Positions 50,350 through 63,063 of a DNA stretch of 64,000 nucleotides are shown here, piece by piece. The position numbers and the translations under genes were made by a program. The DNA is from Isurus oxyrinchus (lineage: Eukaryota), in contig JANJGN010000036.1 in the NCBI GenBank assembly GCA_026770705.1, positions 3,410,001 through 3,474,000 on the forward strand. The letters are read 5' to 3'. The first letter of the stretch is position 1. Each line of letters begins with the position of its first letter. The notes beneath the pieces are model-generated. The model worked only from the letters and a program-made list of their open reading frames with translations. It did not search any database and had not been told where the DNA came from.

Positions 50350-51560
50350 ATCCCTTTTTCTCTTATTCTCTCTTTCTCTCTCTGTCTCTATCGTGCTCTC
50401 TCTCCATCCGTTTCCATCCAGTTAAACACTTCTTTATAAGCTCTATCTATCACACTCTCTTCACTTCCCTTTCTGTATCTAACTATCTCTCCATCCGCAT
50501 CTCCATCCATCTCTCCTTCCATTTCTTTTCTTCGCTTCTCCTACTCTCCTAACATCCGGCTTTTGCTCCCCCTCTCTCCCCATCTCTCCCTCTTCCTCAC
50601 TCCACCTTTCTCTTCCTCCTTCTCTCCGCTATCTACCAGTTCTTCCTCTCTCTCCCCCAATATATACACCTCTCCCTCTCACCCCTTGTTTCGCTCTCTT
50701 CCTCTCTCCCTAAATCTCCCACTCCCGAACTCTGCCTCTCTCCCCTAACCTCATCTCTCCCACTCTTTATCTATCTCCCTATCTCTCCCCCTCTCTCTCT
50801 CCCTCTCTCCCTATGTCTCCCTCTGCTCCTCACTCCCCAACTCTCCCTCTCTCCACCATCTCTCCCTCTCACCCCCATCTCCCCCATTATGCCTTTCTCT
50901 CTCCAATTTCTCCCTCTCTCCGTATCTCTCTCCTCTCCGTCTCTACCCCTCTCTGCCGTGTTTCCCCTCCCTCCACCTCTTAACTCCCTCCCCCTCTTCA
51001 ACTCTTTCTCTCTGCATTCCCATCCTAGTTAAATATTTTTCTCTAAGTGACCTGTTCTCTCCATCACTCTCTGTCTATCTCTCTCTGGCTTCACTTTTCC
51101 TTGCTATTAAAACAGTGCTATATCTACCTCCCCCTGTCATTCTCTCTCTCTATGTCTCTTTCGTTACCTCTCTATGTTTGTCCAATTTAAATAGTGTTCT
51201 ATAAGATCGCTGCTGTCCTTCTCTCAATTTCTCTCTCCCTCTCTTTCAGTCTCTTTCAACCGTGCTCCATCTACCTCTCTATCGCTCTCTGTCTCAGTGT
51301 TCTATTAAAACATGTTTTTTTAAAGATCGCTGCTCCCCCGGTCTCGTTATCATTCTCCCTATCTCTCTCACTCTCTCTCTCTCTCCATTTGTATATTTTT
51401 GTATGATTTCAACTGTGCTTTATAAGATCTCTGCTCTCTCTTCCATCAATCTCGCTATCTCTCTCTCTCTCTCTCTTTCTCTCTCTATCTCTTCTCGCTC
51501 TTTCTATCTCTTCCTACTTCTGTCCAGTTTCAATATTTCTCTAAAAGATCTCTGCTCTAT
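50350..51560. repeat. CT-rich low-complexity tract
   Basis: Direct inspection. Confidence 0.8.
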
Positions 51561-51691
51561 TTCCGGGTAAAGACATATGCAGAAATCTATTTTCGTCTCC
51601 ATGTGAAATCACACATTCAGATTTGACATTTTCCCCCACGTGTTTAATTAATTTCATAAGCTTTCTTTTAAAAGAAAGTTTTTTTTTTCAG

Positions 51692-51811
51692 ATTCTCCGC
51701 TCCCGACCACCTGCAGTTTCCTGCTTTCAGGGAGTTTGTTGGCGGCAGCTCTCGTCCTTCTGGGGATGATCCTTGTGGCCAGGAGAAGGAGCTGCAGGAA
51801 CCGGCAGATAG
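51692..51811 (+). pseudogene. Gene E stalk/TM exon
   Basis: Polypyrimidine-cag acceptor, Cys, ~21-aa uncharged hydrophobic segment, RRR stop-transfer. Confidence 0.85.
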
Positions 51812-54039
51812 GTAGCGATTGTTGGGAGACGCTATAACTCAGTGGCACTCTCAATCAATTCAGTCATCAATGAATTATTGACATTTTCAGCCGGTTCAAT
51901 GTGAAATGTAGCCACTTGCACTCAGTTCAAATTTTACTTTCCAACAGGCAGCATGAACATTGAGGAGGAACTGTCAGGTTCCAGAGAACGAGAGAATAAT
52001 GAGGTAAAAGAATGGAATTGTTCTTGTCACAAGCGTGGATACATTTCACTGAACTTTAATCCAAGGTTTTAATTGCATTGTTATTGCGATGAATCTCGAA
52101 GAATTTGCACCGTAGGAACCACAGGATGGCAGAAAGTAGCTTTTAATCCCTCTCTTGCTGAAAATTAACGGGTGATCTAATCGAGAAGATTAAGATGATA
52201 AAAGGATACAATTGTGTCTATAGAGAGAAATTAATTGCTCTGGTGGCGCGGGAGTGGAGGGGGTGGGTGGGTGATGGTGGTGGGATACGTAGTGGGGGTT
52301 GGGGATCTGGAGTCCTGAACTGGAGGGCAAAACATTATAAATAACACTAGATCGTTCAGGGGTGAGGTCAGGAAGCACGTAGTCACACAAAGGCGAGTGG
52401 CAGTCTAGGGTTCTCTTCCCTCAAAAGCTGCTGAGGCTGTGGGATCAATTGGAAATGTCAAAAATGTGACTGATCGATTTTCATAGGGTTTTGGGATTAA
52501 GGATTATGGAACCAATGTGATTAGATGGAAGTTATGATACAGACCCGCCATTATCTAATTGAATAGACTAGATGGGATGAATGGCCTGCTACTATCCCTA
52601 TGATGATGGTGTTTGTTATATTCATAGATTCAGTTTTTATTTTTTCTCCACAGACACATTATGCCCGCTTAGCCTTTAAGGAGCGTCCCACACTCTGATG
52701 GGAGAGAGATCATGGTCTGCTTCCCAAACATGACGTGTTGATGAAAGTTGGGCGGGAAAGACCGAAACTCCAATCAGTGCAAATTCAGGTGCATTGTCGA
52801 CGCAATTTTGTGATGTCGTGCAAAGTGTGAACTGAATAATCTTTTAATGCCCACTATTCTGATGAAGAATTAATGCCTGAAGTTCCATGCCAGCCTCTCC
52901 AGGCTTCTATTATCTGGTTTATTATGGCATTCTGCATCTTTATTCGGTATGTCAGCAAGAAATAATTCAGGCAGCCTTTACATTGTATCTGTGCTCAAAT
53001 TTCCTAAATATTAAAATAGACTTTAAAACCAATGGCGGCTCTGCGATGCCAGATTTTTTATTCATTCAGAGGAGATGCTCCCAGGATATCGCTGAGGCCA
53101 ATTTACAAAGTCATTTATGCAGCAAATGTAAGCAGTATAGAAGCAGGGTTAACCGCCGACAGATCCTGGATGGGGATTTAAGCTGCATTGATATGAAAGC
53201 TGCATTGTTATTGGACTCAGAGATTTCACTAGTTGTGTCCTGGGAGGGAGACATGTTAATATTACTCTTGAAACAAGATTATTGAGAATCCATCCGCCCT
53301 TTTGAAAATACAATTTAGTGCCTTTTAACGAATAAAATCACTGGTTCGAAGGCAATGAAAGGGCAGGAGGAGAAAATTTGGTCCATCACACGTGCGCCAG
53401 CTTTTTGAATGTGCACTTTAGTCCAACACCCCTTATGAATTTGTCCTTTTGTAACATGCCGCCCATTAAATGTTAGCTTCTATCCTGAGTACAGAACATC
53501 CCATCGGCTGTGACTGAAAGAGGCTTGCTGGTGATGTTAATAATTATCAAACATTAACACAATTCACTCTCACACTAGAATATCAATCAAACGCGTGATT
53601 AAATTTGATGTTTCACTGAGATGATGTAACCTATTTCCATGACATCTTTCATTTCATCAATAATAAAAAGCTGCCCTGGAAACCGTTGGCGCGCTGATTA
53701 TCAGATATTATTGTTGATGAAACTCTGGCCTGCAGAGTGTCTTGGGAATCCTGTTCGTGGCAGATATGAACATTCCCAAATTAACAAGAACTTATTTTGT
53801 TGTAAAGGCTCATTCTGAACAGATATTTCGAGAGTTTTCACAGACACTTATTACAAGACGCAGATGGGAAAGGTCATTCTGCTAAAGTAGTATGGAACCA
53901 AAGTGGGTAGCTGGAAGTTATGATAAAGATCCGCCATGATCTAACTGAATAGACTGGAGGAGCTGAATGGCCTCCGCCCATCGTTATGATGTTGCTGTTT
54001 GTTATATTAATAGATTTGGTTTTTATTGTTGCTCCACAG

Positions 54040-54195
54040 ACACGTTATGACCGCTTGGACTTTAAGGGTCTAGCTGCACTGGAGGTGGTTCAAAGGAGGT
54101 TCATAAGATTGATTCCAGAGATGCGGGGCTTGTCTTCTGAGGAGAGATTGAGGTTGAAAGATCACAATCTGCTTTCCGAACATGACGCATTATAG
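54040..54195 (+). other. Duplicated terminal exon of gene E fused in frame to a LINE fragment
   Basis: ctccacag|TRYDRLDFKGL-AALEVVQRRFIRLIPEMRGLSSEERL-RLKDHNLLSEHDAL*; region ~53880-54305 is paralogous to ~52500-52845. Confidence 0.65.
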
Positions 54196-54559
54196 AAAGT
54201 TTCCTCTGTTGGGCGGGAAAGTCTGAAAGTCCGACCGGTGCAAATTCAGGCGCATTATCAGCGCAATTACGTGATGTCACCCAAAACATGAACTGGATAT
54301 TCTCTTAGATAAAAAAAATATACTACGGATGCTGGGAATCCGAAACAAAAAGAAAAATAGCTGGAAAAAATCAGCAGATCTGACAACATCTGCGGAGAGG
54401 AATACAGTTAATGTTTCGAGTCCGTATGCCTCTTCACCAGAACATTTTATCACTTTAGCATTTTAGTGATTGCGACCACAACATGGTACAATTCAAGCTT
54501 GTTATGGAAAAAGAAATAGACAAATTGCAATAGACAATTAAATAATCTCTTAAATCGGT

Positions 54560-55310
54560 TACTGCAGTAAGGAGAGATGATGGCTTGGCGAAGGCATCGA
54601 AAGAAGCTTTGTGGGTGGAGCTTAGGAGTAGAAAAGGGGCAGCCACATTGTTAGGTGTTTATTATAGACCCCCAGACAGTCACCGGGAAAATGAGAAGCA
54701 AATATGTGCACAATTTGCGGAGATGTGTAAAAACAATAACAATAGTGTAAATTATATTACATTTGGTGATTTCAACTTCCCAACATTAACTGGGATAGAC
54801 AAACTGTTAAGGGCTTGGGTGGAGTGGATTTCTTGAAATGTTTGCAGGAGAAAATTTTATGCCAATTTTTAGAGGGTCCAACAAGGGACAGCGCAGTGCT
54901 GGACCTAATTCTGAGCAATGAAGGCGGACAGGTGGCTGAGGTGCAGGTCGGGGAGCATTTTAGTGATAGCGACCACAGCATGGTACAATTTCAGCTGCTT
55001 ATAGACAAAGAAATATTCAAGTTACAAAAAAAATGTTTTCGATTGGAGGAGAGCGGATTTTAGTTAAATAAGGTAGGATCTGGCCAAGGTAGACTGGTAA
55101 CAGCTACTTGCGGGGAAATCTACAGGGGGCGGCATGGGGGTGGGGGGGGTGGGGGGGCGTTCAGAAAGAAATGGGGAGGGTACAGGCTCAATATGTTCCC
55201 TCTAGGGTGATAGGAAGGAGCAAAACGCCCAGATAATCATGGTTGACCAGAGATATTCTTGATACCATGAGAAGGACAAGGGAGCTTTTTAGCGGGTAGA
55301 AGGGAAGCAA
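54560..55310 (+). mobile_element. CR1-type LINE endonuclease-region fragment
   Basis: EALWVELR..LGVYYRPP..GDFNFP; PTRDSAVLDLILSN..SDHSMV. Confidence 0.85.
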
Positions 55311-56199
55311 ATCTGCCTCTAAACCTCAGCTCCTCAGGTATAAAAAAGGACACCTGACAGTGAGGGAGAAACACCCACGCTGCTGCTACCAGAGAAGGCG
55401 GTTGATGAACTCAATGACCTAATTCACATTATTCAGATTTGAATATTTTTAAAGTGAATCATCAATCTGCTCCGAGACTAGTTCACGGGAAATAGTTCAC
55501 GAGACCTTCAGCAGCACAATTAAATTGTTACAACTCTACAGGGAATAGGAAAACTTTAATGGTGGATTTGTAGATTTGAGCCGATTATCACACTGGTCAT
55601 TTGTATAATAATGTTTTGGTAAATAAACCAGATATAATATTTTCTATATTATTTCTCCAAAGCATTTCCTTAAAGTGTATTCGTGGATTATTCTGTGAGT
55701 GAACTTGATTTATCGATATTCAACAAAACTTGGATGCGTGGATGATTCAGAATATCATAAAATTCGGATTAATGATACCAGGTTAAATGGTTTGCGTCGG
55801 ATCACTAAATTGTTGGTCCCGGTTTCGACGTCATAACTATTAGGAAACATTGAACAGGCCGGTGCTCTTTCCTCTAGAATAGTGGATGCTGAGGGTTTTA
55901 CCACTTGGAGGTCTTCAAAATAAAGATAATATTCGATTGGATAGACGTAAAGAGGCGTTTCCACTTGTGGGAGCGAGGTCTGAACTAGTGGGCCATCGTT
56001 ATAATACAGTCACTAAAAAATCAAATCGGGATTCAGGAGAAACTTCTTCAGCCAGAGATTGGGGAGAATGTGGAATTCGCTGCCACAGGGAGTGGTCGAG
56101 GTGAATCACAGAGATGCACTGTAGAGGAAAGCTTGATAAACACATGAGGGAGAAAGGAATAGAAGGATGTGGTGATGGGGTGAGATGAAGAGAGGGCAG

Positions 56200-57775
56200 G
56201 AGGAAACTAATATCAGTAAGAAGGATGTATTGGAAAAAATAATGGGGCTGAAACTTGACAAGTGCGCGGGACCTGATATTCTGCATCTCAAACAGTTGAA
56301 AGAGTTTGCTGTAGAGATAGTAGATCATTTTTGTAAGTTCTGCAGGTTCAGGAATGCTTTTCGAAATTTGATTGGTAGAAAATGTCATCCTTATTTAAGA
56401 AGGGACGGAGAGATAGAAATCAGTAAACGGCAGACTTGTTAGCCTTTCATCAGCAGTAGGGAAAATGTTAGAATCTATTATAAAGGATGTGATAAACGGA
56501 TACTTGGATAATCATGATCTGATTGGCCAGAGTCAGCATGGATTTGCGAATGGGAAATCATGGTTGACTAACATGTTGGAGTTTTTGAAGCATGTTCCAA
56601 CAAAATTGTTAAGGGAGAGTCAATGGACGGACATAGTATACTTGGATTTTCAGAAAGCTTTTGATAAATTGCTCCAGAGGAGGTTGATTAGCAAAATAAA
56701 AGCAGATAGGCGAAGAAGCAATGTAGTGGCATGGTTTAAGGATTGGGTAACAGGAAGAAAACAGAGAGTAGGAATGAACGGATCCTTCTTGCATTGGTAG
56801 TCTGTGACTAATGGGATACCGCAAGGATCAGTACTTGAGCCCCAGCTGTTCACAATATATATCAATGATTTGGATGTGGGGAACAACTGTAATATTTCCA
56901 AGCTCGCAGATAATGCAAAGTTAGGAGGGAATATGTGCTTTGAAGAAAATGTAAACCTGCTTCAGGAGGATTTGGACAGACTTAGTGAGTGGGAAGACCA
57001 TAGCAGGTGGAATAAAATCTGGAAAAATGTGAGGTTATTCATTTTGGTAGAATGAACAGATGTTCAGAGTATTCCCTAAATGGTTAGAGATTAGAACTTG
57101 TAGATGTACAATGGGACATGTGTGTCATTGTCCATATTTCATTGAAGGCTAGCATGCAGATGCAGCAAGCTATTAGGAAGGCTAAGGGAATGTTGGTCTT
57201 TATCTTAAGTGGGTTCGAGCACAGGAGTAGTGAAATCTTTCTTCAATTGTATAGAAGCTTGTTAGACAGAACCTGGAGTAGTGTGTGCAGTTACCTCAGA
57301 CAGGAAATTATTGCCATACAGGGAGTGCAACAAATGGTCACTAGGCTGGTTCCGGGGATGGCGGGACTGTGTTATCAAAAGGAATTGGGAAAACTGGGCC
57401 TGTATTCTCTAGTCTTTTGAAGAATGAAAGATGATCTCATTGAAGCCTAAAAAAACACTTAAAGGAATAGACAGGGTAAACTCAGGTAAGACGTTTCCTC
57501 TGATTGGGAGTCTTGAACCAGGGGAAATAAGTTCAAAATAAAGGGGAAGCCCCTTAGGGACGAGGTGCCGAGAAAATTATTCACTCAGACGGTTGTGAAT
57601 CTTTGGAACTCTCTACCCCAAAAGTCCCTGGAAGCTCAGTCATTGAGTATGTTTAAGGTGAAGATTGATAGCTTTCTGATTAACAATTGACAAAATGGTT
57701 TTGGGGATAGTATGGGTAAAAGGCATTGAATGCATCGTATTGACGGGCTGAATGATCTTCTCCTGTTCTATGTTC
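56200..57775 (+). mobile_element. CR1-type LINE reverse-transcriptase fragment
   Basis: SQHGFANGKSWLTNMLEF..VYLDFQKAFDK..GIPQGSVLEPQLFTIYINDL..KLADNAK. Confidence 0.9.
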
Positions 57776-57989
57776 CAATGGGAGGAAGATCGTGTGGAGA
57801 TGAAAAAAAGGCACAGAGCAGATGGTCCATGCTCCACTGATCCAAAGGAGTAATTCTGACATAACGGGACAGGCGGGAAGAGGGAGTCTGGGTAAAACCG
57901 TTACTAAAATATTAGCTTCTTGTTTCAGGTTTCTTCAATCTGTTGTCTTTCTGTTGAAACCAGAATAAATTAACCTGTTCTCAATAAAT

Positions 57990-59110
57990 TAAACAGGACA
58001 CTCGGAATTAGGGGCCTCTTGCCCCCCGCCCCACCCCCTCCCTCCCCCTTCACGCGAATGTACTTAACAGAAAGGTTGTTCAATTCAGCACCAATGACTT
58101 TGACCTCAGTTTGACCCAGACTGGACTGTGCACCGCCTGTGACGCGTGTTTTCCAGGCAGAACCGTGTGTGGTCTCCTAACCTGTAAACAGGAAAGCCTT
58201 TGCTTAAATTTGTACGCGCACTGCATTTTCCAGTGAGTGTATATGAGTGTGTGGACCACGGGCTGGGGAGGTGCCTATGTTTATCCCGGGAACAACATCA
58301 TCAAAGGCATGATCTGTGTCACAAACACATTCGTATCAAGTGCAAACGCTTTGTCTACGCCTGGCAGAAAAAAATCTTTCATAATCTTAAAGATCTCAGC
58401 TCACTTCTCAGTCTTCTTTTTTTCTTGAGAAAAGAAGACAACCTATTCAATTTTTTTATTGTTACAGCCTCTCAGGTTTGGAATCGTTACAGTAATTTTT
58501 TCACCTTCCCCTGTTCCTCCATATTCTTTTTATGACATAAAGACTGGAAATATTCACAGGACCCTACGTGTGGTCAGGTTAATTTTTAATATCCGTTTGA
58601 TATAGGCTTACTTCTTCTCATGCTTATTTATGTAGTCATGTCCACACTCTGGTCCTCTGTTTTTTTATGACCTTATTAATCTCTCACCAATTTCAGTGAT
58701 TTGCTTTTTGTCTGCAGCCACGAACACTCAGCTTCTCTATTCCAGTGAGTGTGTAGTCATCACCCTAGAGCTAAGCCTAACCCAAATCACAATCCGCATC
58801 CTTCCTGGGAAAACGGTGTCTCTATGACATTTCATCCAGGACAATCGACAGAAATCTACTGGATAACTATAAACCAGTTGGTCTTTCATGCGTGGAGTGC
58901 AAATGCTTAGCATCGATTATAATAAATGGAATTGATGAGCATTTCTCAATATTTGGGTTCGCTACGGTCAGACAGCACCGAGTTGTGAAAGTGTCACAAT
59001 GCCAAAAACGTTTAATAAAGGTTTACTTTACAATAAATCTCTGAAAGGACAGTTAAAATAAAGGCAGTCGATAGAACGTGTATGGATTTCGAGCAGGTCT
59101 TCATGTATTT
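57990..59110 (+). pseudogene. D-type gene remnant (promoter/leader region + C1-TM intron; V and C1 deleted)
   Basis: 57860-58235 aligns with 30130-30505; 58510-59110 aligns with 32950-33480 and is followed by the same TCTA array. Confidence 0.55.
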
Positions 59111-59439
59111 CTCAAGATGTTTAATTGAAATAATAATGTGCCCAGTGTGAAGGAGCTGTGGGAAGGTGGATATAGACACAAATACAGATAGGGAGAAAAG
59201 ACTGTCCCTCATGTCGAGGGACGGTTGGAAGTGTTGCATTCCGGTGAGGACTTCAAGATAAGTTTGGAATTGATGTAAGAATATGGGCCGAGATGTGGGT
59301 AGTGAAAGCTTTAAATGAAGCTATCAAAGAGCCAGTAGGAACATGGATGTCCTGGTTGCCTCAACCTGTGCCCTACACTGTGCTGGTCATCGTTGAATAG
59401 TTCCATGAGGCAAAAGTAACCTGACTTCTTTATACGTAT

Positions 59440-61659
59440 CAATCTATATATCTATCTGTCTATCTATCTATTTATCTATCTATCTAGATGGCTAACCATC
59501 TATCTCTCTATCCATCTAGGGATCATGTAATCTATATATAACTATATGTGCCTGCCCTTCAATCTCTCTCTCACCATCTATGCATCTATCTCTCAATCTT
59601 TCTCTCTATCTATCTATCTATCTATGTATTTATCGATGACTTTGCCTGTCTGTCTACCTGTCTACCTGTCCATTTATTCTTTCTCTTTCTCTTTCTCGCC
59701 CTTTATCTATCAATCTATCTATCAATCTATCTATCTATCTACCTATCCATCTACCTATCTAACTACCTATCGATCGATCGATCTATCTATCTGTTTATCG
59801 TTGTTTATGCCTGTCTGTCTGTCTGTCTAACTGCCTGTCAGTCTGTCCGTTTATTCTTTCTCCCTCTCTCCTCCTATCTAGCAATCAATTTAGCTATCTA
59901 TCTCTCTACCTATCTATCTATCTTTCTATCTGTCTGTCTGTCTATCTACCCACATTTCTATCTATCTATTTATCTGCCTAACGATCCAACCATCTCTTTC
60001 TNNNNNNNNNNNNNNNNNNNNNNNNNNNNNNNNNNNNNNNNNNNNNNNNNNNNNNNNNNNNNNNNNNNNNNNNNNNNNNNNNNNNNNNNNNNNNNNNNNN
60101 NNNNNNNNNNNNNNNNNNNNNNNNNNNNNNNNNNNNNNNNNNNNNNNNNNNNNNNNNNNNNNNNNNNNNNNNNNNNNNNNNNNNNNNNNNNNNNNNNNNN
60201 NNNNNNNNNNNNNNNNNNNNNNNNNNNNNNNNNNNNNNNNNNNNNNNNNNNNNNNNNNNNNATCTATCCGTGAATGACTGCCCGCCTGCTTGTCTACCTG
60301 ACCATCTTTTGTTTCTCTGTCTCTCTCCCTCCCTAACTATCTATCAAGCTATCCATCTATCTAACTGTCTCTCTATTTATCTATCTATCTATCTATCTTC
60401 CTATCTATCTATCTATCCATCTCTCTCTCTACCTATATATCTGTCTGTCTATCAATCAATCTAATCTATGTCTGTATCTGTCTGTCCATCTATCTCTCTC
60501 TCTTTCTTTATCTAACTATCTGTCAGCGTTTCTAACGATATATCTCTCCTTCATATAAATTTAACTATTTATGTCTCTGCCTCTCTTACTTTTGGCTTGT
60601 CAGACTGCCCACCTTTTTCTTTCTCTCTCTCTCTCTCGCCCTCTCTATCTACCTAGCTATCTATCAACCTATCTATCCATCTATGTCTCTGGCTGTCTGC
60701 CTGTCCGTCTGTCAGTAGGTCCATCTTTTCTTTCTCTCTCTCCTTCTTCATCTATCTATCTATCGATCGATCTATCTATCTATCTCCAACTCCAGCATGA
60801 TGCCATCACCAAACACATCTTCCCTTCACCCCTCTTATCGGCATTCCGTAGGGATCGCTCCCTCCGGGACACCCTGGTCCACTCCTCCATCACCCCCTAC
60901 TCCTCAACCCCCTCTTATGGCACCACCCCATGCCCATGCAAAAGATGTAACACCTGCCCCTTCAATTCCTCTCTCCACACCATCCAAGGGCCCAAACACT
61001 CCTTTCAAGTGAAGCAGCATTTCACTTGCATTTCCCCCACCTTAGTCTATTGCATTCGCTGCTCCCAATGTGGTCTCCTCTACATTGGAGAGACCAAACG
61101 TAAACTGGGTGACTGCTTTGCAGAACACCTGCGGTCTGTCCGCAAGAATGACCCAAACCTCCCTGTCGCTTGCCATTTTAACACTCCACCCTGCTCTCTT
61201 GCCCACATGTCTGTCCTTGGCTTGCTGCATTGTTCCAGTGAAGCCCAACGCAAACTGGAGGAACAACACCTCATCTTCCGACTAGGCACCTTACAGCCTT
61301 CCGGACTGAATATTGAATTCAACAACTTTAGGTCGCGAGCTCCCTCCCCCATCCCACCCACTTTTTGTTTCCCCCTTCCTTTTTTTTCCAATAAATTATA
61401 AAGATTTTCCTTTTCCCACCTATTTCCATTATATAAAAAACGCCCCCACTAGAGCTATACCTTGAGTGCCCTACCATCCATTCTTAATTAGCACATTCGT
61501 TTAGATAATATCACCAACTTTAACTATAACACCTATGTGTTCTATTGTACCATTGTCATTGACATCTTTTGATGATCTGCTTCTATCACTGCTTGTTTGT
61601 CCATACAACCACACCCCCCACCCACCTCTCTCTCTCTCTATCTCTCCGCCCCCACCCCC

Positions 61660-61690
<31 letters not shown>

Positions 61691-62005
61691 CCACCTTAAA
61701 CCAGCTTATATTTCAACTCTTTCTTGGACTCGAACTCAAGTTCTGTCGAAGGGTCATGAGGACTCGAAACATCCACTCTTTTCTTCTCCGCCGATGCTGC
61801 CAGACCTGCTGAGTTTTTCCAGGTAATTCTGTTTTTGTTTTGGATTTCCAGCATCTGCAGTTTTTTTGTTTTTATATCTATCTATCTATCTATCCTACAA
61901 TCTGTCTGTCTGCCTGTCTGTCAGCCTGTCAATTTCTTTCTTTTCCTCTCTCTCCCTCTCCAACTATCTATCTATTTTTCCACCTATCTATCTATGTGAA
62001 CATCC

Positions 62006-62081
<76 letters not shown>

Positions 62082-62732
62082 GTCTATCTATCTATCAATC
62101 ACTCTATCTATCTGCCTAGCTATCCATCGATCTGTCTATCTATTTATTTATCTCTCTATCTATCTATCTATCTATCAACCTATGTAGCTCTGTATCTATA
62201 TACCTGTTTGCCTATCTTCACTCAATCTATCTATCTATCTATCTGTCTGTCTGTCTATCTATCCAATTATCTGTCTGTCTGCCTGTCTGTCAGTCTGTCC
62301 ATTTTTTTCTTTTTCTCTTTCTCCCTCTCCAACTATCTATCTATGTTTCCATCTATCTATCTATTTAAACATCCATCTGTCTATCTATCTATCTATCTAT
62401 CTATCCATCTATCTATCTATCTATCTATTTATCTATCTATCCATCTATCAATCCAAATATCTGTCTGTCTGCCTGTCTGCCAGTCAGTCCATTTTTTTTA
62501 TTTTTCTCCGTCTCCCTCTCCAACTATCTATCTATCCATACATCTATCTTTCTATTTATCCATCTATCTGTCTATCTGTCTATCTATCTCTCTGTCTATC
62601 TATCTGTCTATCTATCTATCTGTCAATCTATCTCTCTATCCATCCATCTATCTATCAATTTATCTATCTCTGTATCTATATACCTGTTTGCCCATCGTCA
62701 CTCAATCTATCTATCTATATATCTGTCTGTCA

Positions 62733-62807
<75 letters not shown>

Positions 62808-63063
62808 CATCTTTCTATCGATCAATCTATCTATCTATATAGCTATCTATCTGTCTATGTATCTACCTATCTATCTATCGATCTATCTATATAATCAATC
62901 AATTTATCTATTTATGTCTCTGCATGTCTGTCAGCCAGTCCATCTTTGCTTTCTCTCTCTCTCTCTCTCCATCTATCGATCTATCTATCAATCTAACTAC
63001 CCATCTATGTCTTTGCCTGCCTGCCTGTCTGTCTGTCTGTTAGTCTGTGCATCTTTTCTTTTT
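59440..63063. repeat. Large (TCTA)n/(TCTG)n microsatellite array containing an N gap (60002-60261)
   Basis: Direct inspection; a second gap lies at 63064-63244. Confidence 0.95.
60785..61872 (+). mobile_element. Penelope-like 3' fragment inserted in the TCTA array
   Basis: LQHDAITKHIFPSPLLSAFRRDRSLRDTLVHSS..LVYCIRCSQCGLLYIGETKRKLGDCFAEH..GLN is open; same terminus as 41560-41730. Confidence 0.9.

Larger units (their letters stand above)
47183..52698 (+). pseudogene. Gene E: type 2 VJ-C1-TM receptor pseudogene, head-to-head with gene B
   Basis: Probable damaged leader 47183-47223; VJ 48211-48536 (frameshift near 48445); C1 48930-49235 (TAG at 48935-48937); TM 51692-51811 (DSPLPTTCSFLLSGSLLAAALVLLGMILVARRRSCRNRQI); cyt1 51948-52003; terminal 52654-52698 (THYARLAFKERPTL*). 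Phases from VJ onward are consistent. Confidence 0.9.
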
